A model generated the notes under the pieces. That model made no database searches and was not told the origin of the DNA. It was given only the letters and a program-made list of their open reading frames with translations. Below, piece after piece: positions 10,001 to 18,986 of a stretch of 64,000 nt of DNA. The stretch's first letter is position 1, and each line of letters begins with the position of its first letter. A program made the position numbers and the translations under genes. Location of the stretch: contig CAUSCM010000002.1 of NCBI GenBank assembly GCA_963530445.1, positions 16,229 to 80,228 of the forward strand, in the 5' to 3' direction. The stretch is from an uncultured Fusobacterium sp. Lineage in GTDB: Bacteria > Fusobacteriota > Fusobacteriia > Fusobacteriales > Fusobacteriaceae.

Positions 10001-10159
10001 TCCGTTCCAAGTTGTAGAAATCGTAACAACTGGTATTTCGATATTAGGTATCAATTCTTTTTTCATACTGAACATAGCCATAAGTCCAATAAAAATAAAA
10101 GATACCATTACCATTATCGTTGCAACTGGTCTACGGATTGAAATTCCTGCTAACGACAT
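7082..10159 (-). CDS. RND efflux transporter permease (AcrB/AcrD/AcrF family)
   Basis: 1025 aa with 12-TM architecture and two large periplasmic loops. N-terminus MSLAGISIRRPVATIM is typical of HAE1 pumps. Confidence 0.92.
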   Translation of the reverse strand: MSLAGISIRRPVATIMVMVSFIFIGLMAMFSMKKELIPNIEIPVVTISTTWNGAVGEDVESQITKKIKDSLANVEGIDKIQTVSSYGSSTVIVSFEFGTKTNDKVTEIQREVSKIANNLPADANTPLVRRVEAGGGNMTAIVAFNANNKSALNTFITEQLKPRLESLEGVGEITVGGNPKKQLQIQVDSDKLAAYNLSPMELYNIVRTSITTYPIGKLSTGNKDMIIRFMGDLNYIEQYENILISSNGNTLRLKDVANVVLTTEDPTSTGYLNDKESIVVLVTKSSDGDTINLNTQVFKTIEELKSFMPAGTEYSIEMDASENINSSISNVTSSAIQGLILATIILFVFLKSFRTTILISVSLPVAIIFTFAFLSINGTTLNLISLMGLSIGVGMLTDNSVVVVDNIYRHITELNSPVREASENGTEEVTFSVIASALTTMVVFIPVLFIPGMAREFFRDMSYAIIFSNIAAIIVAITLIPMLASRFLNRKSMKTEDGKLFRKVKTRYLKIINWAYAHRLKTVLIILGLFIFSILTGPRMLKFEFMPKQDEGKYSISAELQNGTALEKADKIAKQLEEIVKKEPHTQSYLTMVNTSHISVNVNVGKKGTRDESVFDIMNDIRKETKNVLDARVSLTNEFRGGGGGSSGAVQFVLQGMNEDEIRAIGKKLVNNLQSYSGAVDLTSTLDPGIIELRIEIDREKIKSYGINPVVVAQTLSYYMLGGDKANTATLKTGTEEIDVLVRLPKEQRSDINTLQSLNIKIGDNKFIKLSDVASIKYAEGASEIRKKNGIYTVTISANDGGVGIREIQNKMVEEFKALDPPQTVSYSWGGEAENMGKVMGQLTFAFSISIFLIYALLAAQFENFVMPAIIIGSIPLALIGVIWGLVFTGQPIDIMVMIGVILLAGVVVNNAIVLIDFIKTMRTRGYDREYSVIYSCETRLRPILMTTMTTVFGMIPMALGLGEGSEFYRGMAITVIFGLSFSTILTLVLIPILYTLMDDLTTKLLNAIKKKLNKPQTKKEAGHE

Positions 10160-11244
10160 TAATTTTTCACCTCATTTTTAATTTCAACATCATCATTGTC
10201 TTGAAGACCAAAAATTCCTTTTACAACAATTTTATCTCCCTCTTTAATTTCTGGAGAAGAAATTTCTGTGTAAGGTAAATTTGTAGCCCCAACTTTTACT
10301 TCGACTAATTTTACTTTTCCGTTTTCATATTTGAAAACATAATTTAATAAATCTCTTGTTACAACTGCTTCGTCTTCTATACTTAACACTTGTGATTGCC
10401 CTACAGGAATAACTACAGAACCAAACATACCATCTTTAATTTCTTTTTCTGTATTATCTAAAGTTAATTTTATTTTAAAATTTTTAGTTACAGGATCTGC
10501 AATCGGATTAAGTTCAGTTATTTTTGCTTCGAACTCTTTAGCTAAGGCATCAATTTTAACTGCAACCTTATCTCCCATTTTAATTTTAGAAATTACCTCT
10601 GGTCCAACTCCAACATAAGTTTGCATTTTATTGTCATTTAAAACTGTAAACAAAACTTGTTTTGCAGAAATTTCATTTCCCTCTTTAACAAATAAGTTTC
10701 CAACAACGCCATCTATTTCAGCTCTAGCTATTAATTTACTATAGCTGTCTTGTGCTGATGAATACGCAGCTCTAGCAACTTCTAAATTTCCACTTGCACT
10801 TGCATAGCTAGCTTCATAATTTGCAAACTCTAAATATGAAATTAATTGTTTGTCATATAAAGTTTTAAATTTTTGATAATTGTTTTGAGCAATATTAAAA
10901 TTTGCACTTGCTGATTGGTAATTTGCTTTTGCTTGTAGAAAAGCTGCTTCTGTATTTGCATCAGACAATTTTACAATTACTTCTCCTTTTTTTACAAATT
11001 CCCCATTTCTTTTGTAAATTTTCTCAACCGTTCCACCTCTATCTGTTGAGAAATCAATTTTAGCTAGAGGTTCCCAAACTGATGTAGATTGAAATAATTT
11101 TGACATCTCTCTTGTTTGTATATCTGCTACTTCTACAGCCTTTACAATTTTTTGCTCTTGAGCTGGAGCTTCAGCTTTTTTATCATTTCCACAAGCAACT
11201 AATAATAAGCTACTTGCTAATATTAAACTCAATATTTTTTTCAT
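10159..11244 (-). CDS. RND efflux periplasmic adaptor (MFP/HlyD family) lipoprotein
   Basis: 361 aa. Lipobox LLVAC-G. Coiled-coil hairpin region (AEAAFLQAKANYQSA...). Stop overlaps the pump start. Confidence 0.88.
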   Translation of the reverse strand: MKKILSLILASSLLLVACGNDKKAEAPAQEQKIVKAVEVADIQTREMSKLFQSTSVWEPLAKIDFSTDRGGTVEKIYKRNGEFVKKGEVIVKLSDANTEAAFLQAKANYQSASANFNIAQNNYQKFKTLYDKQLISYLEFANYEASYASASGNLEVARAAYSSAQDSYSKLIARAEIDGVVGNLFVKEGNEISAKQVLFTVLNDNKMQTYVGVGPEVISKIKMGDKVAVKIDALAKEFEAKITELNPIADPVTKNFKIKLTLDNTEKEIKDGMFGSVVIPVGQSQVLSIEDEAVVTRDLLNYVFKYENGKVKLVEVKVGATNLPYTEISSPEIKEGDKIVVKGIFGLQDNDDVEIKNEVKN

Positions 11245-11258
11245 TTTCTTCCCCTTTT

Positions 11259-12530
11259 TTATATAAGTAATGATCTATATTTTTCGAAAGCATAATAATA
11301 TTCAAGTAAAATTTTGTTATACGTTATTGTTGCTTCACGTAAATTATTTTCTGATGTTAGGTAATCAACTGTTGAAATAAGTCCAGCATCATATCTTTCT
11401 TGATCTAATTCAAAATTTGCTTGAGCAGCCTCTAGAGCTTTAGATTGAGAAGCTATTTGTTTTTCCAAACTTAAAACATCAAGGTATGCACTTTTTACAT
11501 TAATTTCGATATTTTCTTTTGTTGATATCTTTTTTAAATTTTCCTGTTCTTGTTGCAGGCTAGCCACTCTATAAGCATCAAAATCTTTTCCAAATGAAAA
11601 TATTTTCCAAGAGACTTGCACTCCACCAACCCATTCAGCATCTTTAACACTTCTATCAAAAGTTATTCTCTCTGTTGTAGTTCCATAAGAAGCAAAAGCA
11701 TTAACATTCGGTAACAAGTCTCCAACAGCAGCTATCTTTTGTGCAGTGGCTACATTGTATTGCTCATCTGCAATTTTACTAGCAAGACTCAAATTGATTG
11801 CTTGATTTAAATCATTTTCTAAACTCATATTTTTAGATAAATTTTGTGGAATGTCAAAACTTTTTAAATTTAAATTTTCTGTTTTATTTATTCCAGTTCT
11901 TAAATATAATTTTTCTTTGTTTGTATCGATAATATTTTTCGTACTTATTATCTTAGCTTGTACATCTTCAACAGAGTACTCTGTTTTTAAAATATCAGTT
12001 TTTGTAATAAGTCTTAGTTTTAATTGTTCCTCTTGTTTTTTGTGTCTCTCATTTAAAATTTTAAAAGACTTTTCAAGAACTTGCATATCTTTTTCAGCAT
12101 TGATGATATTCGAATAAATTTTTATAGTGTCCAATCTATTTTGATTTTTTGATTGTAAATAATTGTAGCTTGCAATATTCTCATAAGCCCTTGCACCCAT
12201 AACTCCAGCCGTTATAGTTCCACCTGTAAAAAGTGGCTGAGTAATTCTTATACTTTGGTTGTACCCACGTTTTTTTACTGTTCTCTCTTTTTCATTTACA
12301 GCTATGGGTCTTCCGTATTCTCCCATATTATATGTCCCTGTATATGTAACAGACGGCAATGCTTCCTTAAAAGCCTTAGCTACATTTATTTTTGAAATTT
12401 CTTGATTCATTTCAGATATTTTCATTTCCTTGCTATTATTAAGTGATAAATCTATTGCTTGCTCAAGAGTCAATTCTCTAGCTAAAGCAATGTTCGCCAT
12501 CAATAAGAACATAGTTACTATTTTTTTCAT
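11259..12530 (-). CDS. TolC-family outer membrane efflux protein
   Basis: 423 aa with signal peptide and two OEP repeats (LTLEQAIDLSLNNS...; YDAGLISTVDYL). Confidence 0.88.
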   Translation of the reverse strand: MKKIVTMFLLMANIALARELTLEQAIDLSLNNSKEMKISEMNQEISKINVAKAFKEALPSVTYTGTYNMGEYGRPIAVNEKERTVKKRGYNQSIRITQPLFTGGTITAGVMGARAYENIASYNYLQSKNQNRLDTIKIYSNIINAEKDMQVLEKSFKILNERHKKQEEQLKLRLITKTDILKTEYSVEDVQAKIISTKNIIDTNKEKLYLRTGINKTENLNLKSFDIPQNLSKNMSLENDLNQAINLSLASKIADEQYNVATAQKIAAVGDLLPNVNAFASYGTTTERITFDRSVKDAEWVGGVQVSWKIFSFGKDFDAYRVASLQQEQENLKKISTKENIEINVKSAYLDVLSLEKQIASQSKALEAAQANFELDQERYDAGLISTVDYLTSENNLREATITYNKILLEYYYAFEKYRSLLI

Positions 12531-12540
12531 ATTTTACTCC

Positions 12541-13176
12541 TTAATATATAATTTTTTTTATACTATTTTTTATAAATTCAAGATTTTCTTTCATCTCTTG
12601 ACTTCTAATAATTTTTTTCATTTCCTCTATACTTTTAACTGTAAATTTATTTCTTTCAAAATCTACAGTTTCCATCATAGTAAACACTTCAGTAATACTA
12701 AAAATTATTTTAGAGCATCTGATTAAATCTTTTTCCTGAACTTTTATATTAGTTAAATATTTTTTTAAAGTATTTTCTATTCCTAAAATTAAAATTCTTC
12801 CGATTTCTTTTATCTTAAAATAATTTTCTTCGTTTAAAATTTCATAGTTACTCCTTAAATTAACTATTGTCAATTCAAGTTTTAAATCTTCATCAGACAA
12901 ATCTGTTACTGTATCAATATAATTATTTAAATATTCGTCTACACTATTAGAATTTTTTTCTAAATTCTCTATAAAACTTTTAATATTTACTGTGTACTCA
13001 TCTAAAATTTTTCCTAGCATTTCATCTTTTGAAGAAAAATAAATATAAAAACTTCCTTTTGAAATATCAAGTTCTGATGTAAGTTTACTAATTGATAATT
13101 TACTATAGCCATCAGCAATTATCATATCTTTTGCTTTTTCAAGTATTAAATATTTTTTTTCAGTATCTAGGCTCAT
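12541..13176 (-). CDS. TetR/AcrR-family transcriptional repressor of the efflux operon
   Basis: 211 aa. N-terminal HTH (GYSKLSISKLTSELDISKGSFYIYF). First gene of the efflux operon. Confidence 0.85.
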   Translation of the reverse strand: MSLDTEKKYLILEKAKDMIIADGYSKLSISKLTSELDISKGSFYIYFSSKDEMLGKILDEYTVNIKSFIENLEKNSNSVDEYLNNYIDTVTDLSDEDLKLELTIVNLRSNYEILNEENYFKIKEIGRILILGIENTLKKYLTNIKVQEKDLIRCSKIIFSITEVFTMMETVDFERNKFTVKSIEEMKKIIRSQEMKENLEFIKNSIKKIIY

Positions 13177-13226
13177 AATTCTCCTTTTTTATATTTTAAA
13201 TTCTAAATTTATTTTTCTCTAAAGAT

Positions 13227-13255
13227 TGACCACTCAGTCATTGACCAAGTGGTCA
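13227..13255. promoter_or_regulatory. Candidate TetR operator
   Basis: Perfect palindrome TGACCA-AG-TGGTCA at 13242-13255, plus an extra TGACCA half-site at 13227-13232. Lies 50-80 nt upstream of the tetR start. Confidence 0.5.
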
Positions 13256-13316
13256 GTATGAATATTATCAAATTTAACAAATTAAGTCAAGATTTTTTTG
13301 AATAATGTAGTGCAAT

Positions 13317-13350
13317 AAAAAAAACTCCACTTATAAATGTAAATGGAGTT
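13317..13350 (-). terminator. Intrinsic terminator after typA
   Basis: Stem aactcca (13323-13329) / tggagtt (13344-13350). On the minus strand it is followed by T8 (A-run 13317-13324). Confidence 0.65.
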
Positions 13351-13358
13351 TTAAATTT

Positions 13359-15176
13359 TTATTTATTATTGTTTGACCAATTTTTTCTTCTGTCGCCCTC
13401 TTTTAAAATTTTCTTTCTAAGTCTAACATTTAAAGGAGTAACTTCTACAAGTTCATCTTCAGCAATATAATCAAGAGCTTGTTCCAAACTAAATTTTCTT
13501 GGAGTAGCAAGTTTTACTGCATCGTCAGATCCAGCAGCTCTCATATTTGTTAATTTTTTAGTCTTACAAACATTTACAACCAAATCATTTTCTCTGTTAT
13601 GTTCTCCGACTATCATTCCCTCATACACAGGTACACCCGGATCTAAAAATAAAGTTCCTCTATCTTGTAAACCATTTAAAGCATAAGGCACAGTAACTCC
13701 AGGTTCTGTTGCAATAAGTACTCCCTTATTTCTTGTTGGTATGTCTCCCTTGTATTCTTCAAAATCAAAGAACGAATGATTTAAAATTCCTGTTCCTTTA
13801 GTGTCTGTTAAAAATTCATTTCTGAAACCAATCAAACCTCTTGCTGGAACTTTAAATTCAAGTCTTGTATAACCATCTTGACCAGGAATCATAGAAACCA
13901 TTTCAGCTTTTCTCACTCCCATTTTTTCAATAACAGTTCCTGTGAAACTATCATCAACATCTATAAGAGCAAGTTCGATTGGCTCTAATTTTTTCCCATC
14001 AACTTCTTTAAATAAAACTCTTGGCTTAGAAACTTGTACTTCAAAACCTTCTCTTCTCATATTTTCAAGTAAGATAGAAAGTTGAAGCTCTCCTCTTCCC
14101 TTAACGACAAACGAATCTGGGGAGTCAGTTGCTTCTACTCTCATACTAACATTTGTTTGAATTTCTTTTTGCAATCTATCCCAGATATGTCTTGATGTAA
14201 CAAATTTTCCATCTTTACCAACAAATGGAGAATCATTTACCATAAAAGTCATTGCAAGAGTTGGTTCATCAATATCAATTAATGGTAAAGCAATAGGATC
14301 ATTAACATCAGCTAAAGTTTCTCCAATATCTATATCTTCAATACCTGCGACACAAACGATGTCACCTGCCTCAGCTTCATTCACTTCAACTCTTTTTAAT
14401 CCTTCATATCCATATAGAACTGAAACTTTTCCTTTGATTTGTCTTCCATCTCTTTTGATCAACATAACTTCTTGATTTCTTTTTAATGTTCCGTTATGTA
14501 TTCTACCAACTGCCAACTTTCCAACATAATTATCATAAGCAATATTTGTAATTAAAAACTGAGTTGGTCTTGTAACATCTCCATCAGGGTCTTGAACAAA
14601 TTCTAAAATTGACTCAAATAAAGGCTTCATATCTGTACTGTCATCAGTCAATTCTTTTTTAGCAAAACCTGTTTTTCCTGAAGCATAAATCACAGGAAAT
14701 TCAAGTTGATATTCATTTGCATTCAATTCAATAAATAGATCGTAGACCATATACAAAACATCTTCAGGTCTTGCATTTGGTTTATCAACTTTATTTACAA
14801 CAACGATGGGTCTATGTCCTTGCTCCAAAGCTTTCTTCAAAACATATTTTGTTTGAGGCATTGGACCTTCAAAAGCATCAACAAGCAAAAGAACAGAGTC
14901 AACCATCTTCATAATTCTTTGTACTTCTCCACCAAAATCAGCGTGACCTGGAGTATCAACAATGTTTATTTTATAATCTTGATATCTAACAGAAGCATTC
15001 TTTGAGAAAATTGTAATTCCTCTTTCTCTTTCAATATCATCAGAGTCCATAACTCTTTCTTCAACTTTTTCAAGTTCGTGAGTTTTAAAAACTCCCCCTT
15101 GTCTTAATAAGCAGTCCACAAGTGTAGTCTTACCGTGGTCAACGTGAGCAATAATTGCTATGTTTTTAATTTTCAT
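13359..15176 (-). CDS. typA: Translational GTPase TypA/BipA
   Basis: 605 aa. G1 AHVDHGKTT, G3 DTPGHADF, NKVD. EF-G-like domain order. Confidence 0.95.
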   Translation of the reverse strand: MKIKNIAIIAHVDHGKTTLVDCLLRQGGVFKTHELEKVEERVMDSDDIERERGITIFSKNASVRYQDYKINIVDTPGHADFGGEVQRIMKMVDSVLLLVDAFEGPMPQTKYVLKKALEQGHRPIVVVNKVDKPNARPEDVLYMVYDLFIELNANEYQLEFPVIYASGKTGFAKKELTDDSTDMKPLFESILEFVQDPDGDVTRPTQFLITNIAYDNYVGKLAVGRIHNGTLKRNQEVMLIKRDGRQIKGKVSVLYGYEGLKRVEVNEAEAGDIVCVAGIEDIDIGETLADVNDPIALPLIDIDEPTLAMTFMVNDSPFVGKDGKFVTSRHIWDRLQKEIQTNVSMRVEATDSPDSFVVKGRGELQLSILLENMRREGFEVQVSKPRVLFKEVDGKKLEPIELALIDVDDSFTGTVIEKMGVRKAEMVSMIPGQDGYTRLEFKVPARGLIGFRNEFLTDTKGTGILNHSFFDFEEYKGDIPTRNKGVLIATEPGVTVPYALNGLQDRGTLFLDPGVPVYEGMIVGEHNRENDLVVNVCKTKKLTNMRAAGSDDAVKLATPRKFSLEQALDYIAEDELVEVTPLNVRLRKKILKEGDRRKNWSNNNK

Positions 15177-15194
15177 TTTTTTCCTCTCATCTAA

Positions 15195-16058
15195 TTAATA
15201 ATATTTATATCCCTTTATCAAAATATTTTTTTCAACATTAGCTAGTCCGACAAATTCATTTTGAAAATAAATTCTGTATCTACCATTCTCAATTTTTTCA
15301 TTTATCTTGACTGTATTTCCATTTTTAAAAAGTGTAAACTCTTTTTCAGAATTTAATTTATATATTGGATAGTTAAAAATTTCTTCAACAGTTTTCAAAA
15401 ACTCAAAATTATTTTTTATTATTAAATTTTCAATTTCTTCTAGTGTATAAGCTTGCTCCAAAGAATAATCTCCAACAGCTGTTCTTAAAAGCTCTGTCAT
15501 AGTTGCATAAGTCCCTAAATCTTTTCCTATATCATAAATCAAACTTCTAATATAGCAACCCTTTGAAACTTTTGTTTGAATTTGAGCTTTGTTTTCTCCA
15601 AAATTTAAAATATTGATATATTCTATTTTGACATCCCTCTCAGATCTTTCAACTTCAATTCCTTTTCTTGCTAAGTCGTAAAGTTTTTTCCCATCCATTT
15701 TGATGGCTGAATACATCGGTGGAACTTGTTTGATAGATCCTAAAAATTTTTTTGTAGCTTCAATTAAATTTTCTTTTGAAACCTCAATATGATTTTCGGC
15801 AATTTTTTTTCCCTCTGTATCATAGGTATCAGTTGCATAGCCAATATCGAAATCAGCAATGTAAACTTTATCTTTGGCTTCTAAATCTTGAGCAAGTTTA
15901 GTTGATTTTCCAACACAGACAAGCATTACACCAGAAGCTAGAGGATCAAGTGTCCCCGTATGTCCAATTTTTTTTGTTCTCAATATTTTTTTTAATTTTC
16001 TTATTACATCGAATGATGTAATTCCTTTCGGTTTATTTACAATAATTATTCCATCCAA
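15195..16058 (-). CDS. truB: tRNA pseudouridine(55) synthase
   Basis: 287 aa with catalytic motif GHTGTLDPLASG and a C-terminal PUA-like region. Confidence 0.92.
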   Translation of the reverse strand: MDGIIIVNKPKGITSFDVIRKLKKILRTKKIGHTGTLDPLASGVMLVCVGKSTKLAQDLEAKDKVYIADFDIGYATDTYDTEGKKIAENHIEVSKENLIEATKKFLGSIKQVPPMYSAIKMDGKKLYDLARKGIEVERSERDVKIEYINILNFGENKAQIQTKVSKGCYIRSLIYDIGKDLGTYATMTELLRTAVGDYSLEQAYTLEEIENLIIKNNFEFLKTVEEIFNYPIYKLNSEKEFTLFKNGNTVKINEKIENGRYRIYFQNEFVGLANVEKNILIKGYKYY

Positions 16059-16270
16059 AATATGACCTCATCATTTCAAAAATTAACAAAGTATTATAGC
16101 ACCTTTTTATAAAAAATACAATCTTAGTGAAATATTTATCATTTATGAGAAATATTTTGACATTTTTTATAAAATTTAAAAAAAGATATTTAATTTTTTT
16201 TTAAACAGGTATATAATCAAACTTACGAAATTAAACAAAACAAAATATTTTAATTAGGGAGGCGTTTAGT

Positions 16271-17692
16271 ATGTTTAGTTTTATCGGTTCGATCATAGCA
16301 CTTGTGCTAGGTTATTTAATTTATGGTAAATTTGTAGATGGTATTTTTGGTTCTGATGATACAAAAATAACTCCTGCAAAAAGATTAAGTGATGGTGTTG
16401 ACTATGTTGAAATGGGTTGGGCAAGAGCATTCTTAATTCAATTTTTAAACATAGCTGGAACTGGACCAATATTCGGAGCAGTTGCAGGAGCATTATGGGG
16501 ACCTGCTGCATTTCTTTGGATAGTTTTTGGTTGTATTTTTGGAGGAGCAGTTCACGATTTCTTATTAGGAATGATGTCAGTAAGACAAGATGGTGCATCA
16601 GTTTCTGAAATTGTTGGAGAAAATTTAGGACTAACTGCAAAACAAATAATGAGAGTATTCTCTGTTGTATTACTTTTATTAGTTGGGGTTGTATTCATAA
16701 TGAGTCCTGCTCAAATCTTAACAGATATCACAGGAGTTAGTTATCAAGCATGGCTAGCAATTATAATTATCTACTACCTATGTGCAACAGTTTTACCAGT
16801 TGACCAAGTTATTGGAAAAATTTATCCAATATTCGGTTTGTCATTATTGATAATGGCTGTTGGAATTGCTGGAGGACTTATAATAACAAATGCAAATATT
16901 CCTGAAATCCAATTTGTTAATATGCATCCTGCTGGAAAATCAATTTTTCCTTATCTTTGTATCTCAATAGCTTGTGGAGCAATCAGTGGTTTCCATGCAA
17001 CTCAATCTCCAATGATGGCTAGATGTTTAAGAACAGAAAAAGATGGAAGAAAAGTTTTCTATGGAGCAATGATAGCAGAAGGAATTATAGCTCTTATCTG
17101 GGCTGCTGCTGCAATGTCATTCTTTGGTGGAATACCTCAACTTGCTGAAGCAGGACCTGCTGCAGTTGTTGTAAATAAAATTTCAACTGGAATTTTAGGA
17201 CAAGTTGGTGGAGCTTTAGCATTGCTTGGAGTCGTTGCCTGTCCAATAACATCCGGAGATACAGCTTTCAGAAGTGCAAGACTTACTATTGCTGACTCAC
17301 TAAAATATAAACAAGGACCTATTGTAAATAGATTTATTGTTGCAATCCCATTATTTGCAATTGGTATAGCTTTATGTTTCATTCCATTCAATGTTGTTTG
17401 GAGATATTTCGGTTGGGCAAACCAAACTCTTGCTACAATAGCTCTATGGGCAGCTGTAAAATATTTAGCAAACAGAGGAAAAAATTTCTGGATAGCATTA
17501 ATTCCTGCAATGTTTATGACTGTTGTTGTAACATCATACATAATTGCAGCACCAGAAGGATTTGTTAGATTCTTTGGAGATAAAGATATCCATGTAATAG
17601 AAAATATTGCTATAGCTATTGGTTGTGTTGTTTCTTTAGCATGTACTGGAGCTTTCTTTGTAACAAGAAAAAAAGAACAATTAGCTGATTAA
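16271..17692 (+). CDS. cstA: Carbon starvation protein CstA family transporter (short form)
   Basis: 473 aa polytopic protein. N-terminal region aligns by eye with E. coli CstA (NIAGTGPIFGAV..., GGAVHDF, RQDGASV). RBS AGGGAGG. Confidence 0.85.
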   Translation: MFSFIGSIIALVLGYLIYGKFVDGIFGSDDTKITPAKRLSDGVDYVEMGWARAFLIQFLNIAGTGPIFGAVAGALWGPAAFLWIVFGCIFGGAVHDFLLGMMSVRQDGASVSEIVGENLGLTAKQIMRVFSVVLLLLVGVVFIMSPAQILTDITGVSYQAWLAIIIIYYLCATVLPVDQVIGKIYPIFGLSLLIMAVGIAGGLIITNANIPEIQFVNMHPAGKSIFPYLCISIACGAISGFHATQSPMMARCLRTEKDGRKVFYGAMIAEGIIALIWAAAAMSFFGGIPQLAEAGPAAVVVNKISTGILGQVGGALALLGVVACPITSGDTAFRSARLTIADSLKYKQGPIVNRFIVAIPLFAIGIALCFIPFNVVWRYFGWANQTLATIALWAAVKYLANRGKNFWIALIPAMFMTVVVTSYIIAAPEGFVRFFGDKDIHVIENIAIAIGCVVSLACTGAFFVTRKKEQLAD

Positions 17693-17722
17693 TAAATTTT
17701 ATTAATAATTAATTTTATAAAA

Positions 17723-17766
17723 ACAAAAAAATGACGGCGTCGGTTTTTTCGACGCCATCATTTTTT
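17723..17766. terminator. Bidirectional terminator (hairpin family copy 3)
   Basis: Arms atgacggcgtcg (17731-17742) / cgacgccatcat (17750-17761), flanked by A-run and T-run. Lies between convergent cstA and the 126-aa ORF. Confidence 0.7.
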
Positions 17767-17777
17767 ATTTATAAAAC

Positions 17778-18158
17778 TTATTCTATTTTTTCTTTCTCTT
17801 CTTTATCTAATTTTTCCAACATCTTTTCTAATTTTCTTTGCCTCTTATCGAGTTCATTAATTCTAATTTCAATTGAATTTAAAATCCAGAATTGAAAGTG
17901 CATTGATTTTTGTGATTGTTGTTGCATCCAAATTATTTTAAAAGCTGCAATCAAAATTGATAATGAAATTGTCAAAGTTGGAGATAATCTTCTTAAAATA
18001 ATTCCAGTTACAAATATAACTAAAATTATTCCAGCAAAAAGAGTCGTCATTAATCTATATTGAGAATTATTACTTCCTCCAATTTTACCAATGATATCTC
18101 TCATTTCTTCTTTTTCTTTTAGAAATTCATTTAAATCCTCTTTTAATTGATTTTGCAT
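17778..18158 (-). CDS. Hypothetical membrane protein (2 TM, charged coiled-coil ends)
   Basis: 126 aa with two hydrophobic spans flanked by K/E-rich helices. No family recognised. Confidence 0.5.
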   Translation of the reverse strand: MQNQLKEDLNEFLKEKEEMRDIIGKIGGSNNSQYRLMTTLFAGIILVIFVTGIILRRLSPTLTISLSILIAAFKIIWMQQQSQKSMHFQFWILNSIEIRINELDKRQRKLEKMLEKLDKEEKEKIE

Positions 18159-18195
18159 AAGTACCTACCTTTATATTTTTATAAGTATTGTGCTT

Positions 18196-18978
18196 CTATT
18201 TTCTTGTTATTTTTGCTATAAGTGGCATTCTTCTTTTATATTCACTTCTTAACATTCTCTTCACTATATTATCAACTAAATCTTTATCGAAGCCTTCAGC
18301 TAAAACTTGTTCCACATTTTTATGTTCTTCCAATAATCTATATAAGACTTGATCTGCTTCTCTATAAGTCAATCCCATTTCTTGTTCATCAGTTTGACCT
18401 TCCCATAAATCAGCACTAGGTTTTTTTTCTATTAAAGCTTCAGGAACTTTTAAATATCTTGCCAAATCCCAAACATTAGTTTTATATAAATCTCCTATTG
18501 GATTTATTGCACAAGCTGAATCTCCAAATTGAGTGCTATATCCCAAGAAAATTTCTGTCTTATTTGATGTTCCAACAACAAGAGCTGATTCTTTTGAAGA
18601 ATTATCAAATAAAATTGACATTCTTTCTCTTGCCATTTTATTTCCTTTTCTTAACGAAGAAATTTCTCCCTCTTCATTTTTAAAATAAGCATCTATCATA
18701 TCTGTAATTTCTATTGTCTTTGCATTGATTCCTAAATCTTCAACAACTAATTTTGCATGATTTAAACTATCAGGATTTGAAGTTTTATACGGCATCATTA
18801 TTGCCAAAATATTTTCTTTTCCTAAAGCATCTCTCAAAAGATAAGCAACAAGAGCAGAATCAATTCCTCCAGATAATCCCAAGACAGCTTTCGTAAATCT
18901 ATTTTTCTTAAAATTATATCTTAAAAATTCCACTAATTCTTCATGTACTTTTTTCAAATCTAAATCTAATTTATTCAT
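18196..18978 (-). CDS. nadE: Ammonia-dependent NAD+ synthetase
   Basis: 260 aa with PP-loop SGGIDSA. Confidence 0.9.
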   Translation of the reverse strand: MNKLDLDLKKVHEELVEFLRYNFKKNRFTKAVLGLSGGIDSALVAYLLRDALGKENILAIMMPYKTSNPDSLNHAKLVVEDLGINAKTIEITDMIDAYFKNEEGEISSLRKGNKMARERMSILFDNSSKESALVVGTSNKTEIFLGYSTQFGDSACAINPIGDLYKTNVWDLARYLKVPEALIEKKPSADLWEGQTDEQEMGLTYREADQVLYRLLEEHKNVEQVLAEGFDKDLVDNIVKRMLRSEYKRRMPLIAKITRK

Positions 18979-18986
18979 TCTTTCTC

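Noticed and set aside
16157-16217. cstA / truB divergent promoter elements (TTGACA at 16157, TATAAT at 16212)
   Set aside because: The two hexamers are 49 nt apart and neither has a properly spaced partner, so no promoter call is made.
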